From Octopus sinensis (taxonomy: Eukaryota): a DNA stretch of 64,000 nt. Made by a program: the position numbers and the translations under genes. Each line of letters starts with the position of its first letter. The first letter of the stretch is position 1. Under the pieces are notes generated by a model that was given only the letters and a program-made list of their open reading frames with translations, was not told where the DNA came from and ran no database searches. Below, piece after piece: positions 1 through 64,000 of the stretch. The stretch lies in contig NC_043003.1 of assembly GCF_006345805.1 (NCBI RefSeq), positions 13,144,001 through 13,208,000 of the forward strand, in the 5' to 3' direction.

Positions 1-135
1 CTTGTAAGAGTTAATTTTCTGGCACCGTTGAATCATTCAAATGTCACAGAAGATATTATGTTGGAACTAGTGGACAATAAGGAATAAGAAATTAATGCTT
101 TTTGGGGGTCCATGCAATAAAATAGTAAATTGTGT

Positions 136-310
136 ACATTATTTACATTGTTTACATTTGATGAATATTTGTCCTCATCTTGTTTGTTGTTAACACAACG
201 TTTCGGCTGATATACCCTCCAGCCTTTTAGTCAGATATCTTGGGGAAATTTCAAATCTGGGTTCTTATTTCTAAGGTATTTTTCGATGTTATTATTTTTA
301 TTATTATTAA
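136..310 (-). mobile_element. Hammerhead-bearing SINE-like repeat (family H1), 3' part, degenerate core
   Basis: Homologous to 12121-12388 and 59150-59265; minus strand CTGACTAAAAGGCTG..CAGCCGAAACGTTGTGTT followed by (TGTAAATAA)n-like tail. Confidence 0.75.
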
Positions 311-329
311 TAGAAAACGGTTGAGAACC

Positions 330-792
330 TGAAGAAATTTAGCTTTAGATCTATGTCTTGGTATTTTCTGCGAGAAACAGCCAGGTTTCTTTCTCTAACA
401 TTTCTTTCTCAACCTACAAAAGTGAATGGTGTGAAAAACAAAATAGGAATTTTGAAAGAAGTTTCTATAAAACTAGTTTTAAACATCGAATGGCTATGGG
501 GTCCATCATAATAAAATAATAATCAAAAGGGTCCATAGATAAAGATGGTTGAGAACCCCCTTTCTTTTGATGTATGTCTTGGTATATATTGTAAGAAACA
601 GACAGGTTTCTTTCTCTAACATTTTAAATTGTTCAACCTACACAAGTTAATGGTGTGAAAAGCAAAATAGGAATTTAAAAGAGGTTTCTATAGAACTAAA
701 CTTTAAAAATAGTATGACTATGGGTGACCACCAGAATAAATTAGTTATCAGAGAGGTCCATAGATAAAAATGTATGGTTGAAAACCACTGCT
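330..792. mobile_element. Two tandem ~230-bp halves of a hAT-like MITE
   Basis: Direct duplication (about 350-557 and 572-792), each ending GGTCCATAGATAAA..GGTTGA(G/A)AACC(C/A)C, the reverse complement of the hAT-type TIR CAGTGGTTCTCAACC; related copies at 32015-32270 and 53720-53995. Confidence 0.6.
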
Positions 793-814
793 TTAACTGA
801 TAGCCTAGCATTTT

Positions 815-1035
815 ATTGTTTTCTACTCTAGGCACAAGACCCGAAATTTTGGGGGGAGGGGGCAGTCAATTAGATCGACCTCAGTATGCAACAGGTACTT
901 AATTTATCGACCCTGAAAGGATGAAAGGTAAAGTCGACCTCGGTGGAATTTGAACTCACAGCGTAAAGACAGGCGAAACACCACTAAGAATTTCGCCTGG
1001 CATGCTAACGTTTCTGCCAGCTTGCTGCATTAAGC
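815..1035 (-). mobile_element. tRNA-headed SINE family B (tail variant B2)
   Basis: Minus strand: head ..CTGGCAGAAACGTTAGC..GAGTTCAAATTCC, core GTCGACTTT..CCTTTCATCCTTTC.GGGTCGATAAATTAAGTACC, tail ..GGGTCTTGTGCCTAGAGTAGAAA. Confidence 0.85.
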
Positions 1036-1130
1036 CTAGCATTTTATTGATACAGTTTTCTCGTTATCTTGCCACAGTTTTACGAAATTTTAATTGGCCT
1101 TTGAGAATTAAATACTTTCAGTAGAGGTTC

Positions 1131-1522
1131 TTTTATTCTTTTACTTGTTTCAGTCATTTGACTGTGGCCATGCTGGAGCACCGCCTTTAGTTGAACAAAC
1201 TGATCCCAGGACTTATTCTTTGCAAGCTTAGTACTTATTCTATCGGTCTCTTTTGCCGAACCGCTAAGCTTCGGAGACATAAATACAACAACATCAGTTG
1301 GTGGGGGGACAAACACACACACATACAAATATATATATATACATACTATATATATATATATTAATACGATGGGCTTCTTTCAGTTTCCGTTTACCAAATC
1401 AACTCACAAGGCTTTGTTCAGCCTGAGGCTATAGTAGAAGACACTTGCCCAAGGTGCCATGCAGTGGGACTGAACCTAAAACCATGAGGTCGGGGAGCAA
1501 GCTTCTTACCACACAGCCACTC
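1131..1522 (-). mobile_element. tRNA-headed SINE family A (most abundant repeat here, roughly 25 copies or fragments)
   Basis: Reverse complement of the 1681-2090 copy; internal (TA)n/(TG)n tract. Confidence 0.9.
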
Positions 1523-1680
1523 ATACTTAACTTCATAAGCAGGCTGTTCCATTGATTTGATCAAGTGGAACAGTCATTGCCAGTTAGTTATTGTAAACTG
1601 GAAACACTGCTTCATTTCCAGAAAGTTCTCTTGCAACATAGTGTTCACATAATGGAATAAATTTTATATATATATATATA

Positions 1681-2090
1681 GGCGTAGGAGTGGCTGTGTG
1701 GTAAGTAGCTTGCTTACAAACCACATGGTTCCGGGTTCAGTGCCACTGCGTGACACCTTGGGCAAGTGTCTTCTACTATAGTTTCGGGCCGACCAAAGCC
1801 TTGTGAGTGGATTTGGTAGACGGAAACTGAAAGAAGCCCATTGTATATATGTATATATATATATATATATGTGTGTGTGTATGTTTGTGTGTTGTGTTTG
1901 TCCCCACCAACATCGCTTGACAACCGATGCTGGTGTGTTTACGTCCCTGTAACTTAGCGGTTCGGCAAAAGAGCGATAGAATAAGTACTAGGCTTACAAA
2001 GAATAAGTCCTGGGGTCGATTTCCTCGACTAAAGACGGTGCTCCAGCATGGCCACAGTCAAATGACTGAAACCAGTAAATGAGTAAATGA
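1681..2090 (+). mobile_element. SINE family A, full-length copy
   Basis: Head GGCGTAGGAGTGGCTGTGTGGTAAG (A-box-like) .. GGGTTCAGTGCCAC (B-box-like), then CCTTGGGCAAGTGTCTTCTACTATAG (CORE-like), internal microsatellite, tail GACTGAAACCAGTAAATGAG. Other copies include 2700-3145, 3840-4187, 6430-7118, 7841-8265, 13269-13738, 29835-30225, 33076-33468, 46640-47050, 54341-54700, 59370-59766. Confidence 0.9.
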
Positions 2091-2111
2091 CTAAATATAA
2101 GAATTTTTTGC

Positions 2112-2235
2112 ATAATGAGATAAATAAATCAAGACCGTGTAGATATTAAAACATTTATAGATAGAAGGTCTTACAGCTGCTCCCAAGACATTTATTAATT
2201 ATATCCCTTCACTGGAAATGGTGGGAGAGGATGGT
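2112..2235 (-). mobile_element. Repeat family H2 (degenerate hammerhead copy)
   Basis: Homologous to 36410-36540 (GAAGGTCTTACAGCTG..TATATCCCTTCA). Confidence 0.7.
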
Positions 2236-3328
2236 GATATATATATATATGCAACAGGCTTCTTTCAGTTTCCGTCTACCAAATCTTCTTACCACACAGC
2301 TACGCCTGGGCCTTTTGTAAATTTTGGTCTGAAAAATTTGAATCGTATGTAGGGAAGTACCATAATAGACATAGTATTATGAATTCTAAGCAAGAGGTAT
2401 TTATTATCACTGCAAATGAAGGAACTGAACAATAATCAAACCCATTTCAATCCCTACACAGTTCACGAAAAACGCTACTCCACAACACAACTGCTTTCTA
2501 AAACTAAAACAAGCAATAGATTTATTGATAAATGTTGTTTCCTGAGTAAAAGTTTTTTTTGTGAAATCTTGTTGTGAAGAATTCCTACTACTTCAGATAC
2601 GTTTATGAAGTGCCATCTTAAAGCATGGGGACAATGGGCAGTTGCCCAGGGGCTTTACAGGTCCAGGGACTCAATTCTGATAGCCAGCCACAACATTCTT
2701 TTATTCTTTTATTCTTTACTTGCTTCAGTCATTTGACTGCGGCCATGCTGGAGCACCGCCTTTAGTCGAGCAGATCGACCCCAGGATTTATTCTTTGTAA
2801 GCCTAGTACTTATTCTATCGGTTTCTTTTGCCGAACTACTAAGTTACAGGGATGTAAACACATCAACATCAGTTGTCAAATGATGGTGGGGGGGACAAAC
2901 ACAGACACGCACACAAATATACACAGAAAACCAACCAACCCACACACCCACCCACACACACACACACACGCACACATACACATATTTATATTTATTTATA
3001 TATACAATGGGCTTCTTTCAGTTTCCAACTACCAAATCTATTCACAAGGCTTTGGTCGGCCCGAGACTATAGTAGAAGACCATGCAGTGGGACTGAACCC
3101 AGAACCATGAGGTCGGGAAGCAAGCTTCTTACCACACAGCCACACTGCACCTGTCAATAAATATCAATAAATAAATATTAAAACATATCAATAAATAGAT
3201 ATTATAGGGCCCAGGGCATTGGTTTGCGCAAGGGACTATAATGCTGCTAAAATGGCCCTGCTCTTATAGGAAGAAAACAAGATTAAAAGCTTTGACCAGC
3301 TCTTAAGTTTGTATATTTTTTATTGTAG

Positions 3329-63053
<59,725 letters not shown>

Positions 63054-63273
63054 GTAAGTGAAATATATTTTCTTTTGGTTGGAAATATAAATAATAGTGT
63101 CTCATAAAATTGGTTATGTGCAAATGTAATAAGTATGATGTAATATACACTTGCATATACAAACATTTCTGTCTATTTATCATTCTTCCTATCTATCCAC
63201 CAATCAATCTACATACATAATATATATACAAATATATATACATGTATATATACAGGTATATATATATACATAC

Positions 63274-63304
<31 letters not shown>

Positions 63305-63710
63305 ATTATATATATATATATATATAATATATATATATATAAAAATATATATATATAATATATGTATGTATGTATGTATTTATGTATATATATATATATA
63401 TATAAACTTACTGGGAAATGAATGTGTGGCATTCAATCAAATAATAATATACATAATATGTTTATATTATTTATATTATTATTTTGCCATTCAATGCCCG
63501 AAATGAGGAGTAGATAGGCAACCAACAACTAATGAAGGGTCGTTCTTTACATTACTTGTCCTGTTTTCCATTTGTTTCTCTCGCTCTGTGTGTATTCAAC
63601 TCATTTGTTTTCATATTTCATGTTGTTTACAATTTATGACGTCCTGCATCCATACATGCATATATTTATATATATGCATATATATATTATTTATATATTA
63701 TATATATATA

Positions 63711-63818
63711 TATATATAGAAGGAGCTTCTACAGGACTAGAACTGTTTCATTCAAGAGAAATGAAGATTTCTCTTGAATGAAACAGTTCTAGTACTGTAG
63801 AAGCTCCTTCTATATAAT
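63711..63818. repeat. 52-bp inverted repeat (1 mismatch) with 4-nt loop
   Basis: Arms 63711-63762 and 63767-63818, loop GAAG. Confidence 0.95.
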
Positions 63819-63889
63819 AAATTAATTTTACTCTGCTATGTATTGAGTACCTTATTTACTGTGGTTAACCCCGAATCAACCCGGGACCT

Positions 63890-63920
<31 letters not shown>

Positions 63921-64000
63921 CATCATGTTGTTATATATCAAATATATATATGTATATATGTGTATGTATGCACATATATGCTTATATGTGTATATATATA

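Noticed and set aside
1681-1760. tRNA genes at SINE heads (also 34684, 49636, 55190-55268, 12330-12388)
   Set aside because: A/B-box-like motifs are present but no complete cloverleaf, and each continues into a repeat body.
1-3328. An upstream MAM1 N-terminal exon
   Set aside because: No C-x-F-E..W..DHT coding segment with splice sites found; it probably lies before the window.

Overview
Eukaryotic (most likely Octopus sp., inferred from the repeat families and microsatellite load) genomic window lying entirely inside one large + strand gene. I reconstructed 24 GT-AG exons (4,065 coding nt, about 1,355 codons). They splice phase-consistently into one open frame encoding a tandem array of MAM domains: the end of one, seven complete, and the start of a ninth. 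The array contains two Pro/Thr-rich linkers and no LDLa modules. The gene start and end lie outside the window. Introns are dense with transposons: several modular tRNA-headed SINE families, RTE and CR1 LINE 3' ends, a mariner remnant, hAT- and piggyBac-type MITEs, a Helitron, foldback elements and microsatellites. The main observations are: (1) three unrelated repeat families carry type I minimal hammerhead-ribozyme folds, one of them in a tRNA-headed SINE-like element present as a head-to-head palindrome; (2) a 4.2-kb 26-bp minisatellite with higher-order structure matches a tandem motif in the 3'UTR of the local RTE LINE, with an intermediate stage visible at 20.5 kb; (3) a ~560-bp element is always bounded by (TTA)n; (4) a foldback element has a telomere-like core. 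Exon coordinates were counted base by base; repeat boundaries are approximate unless a TSD is quoted. No database search was run.
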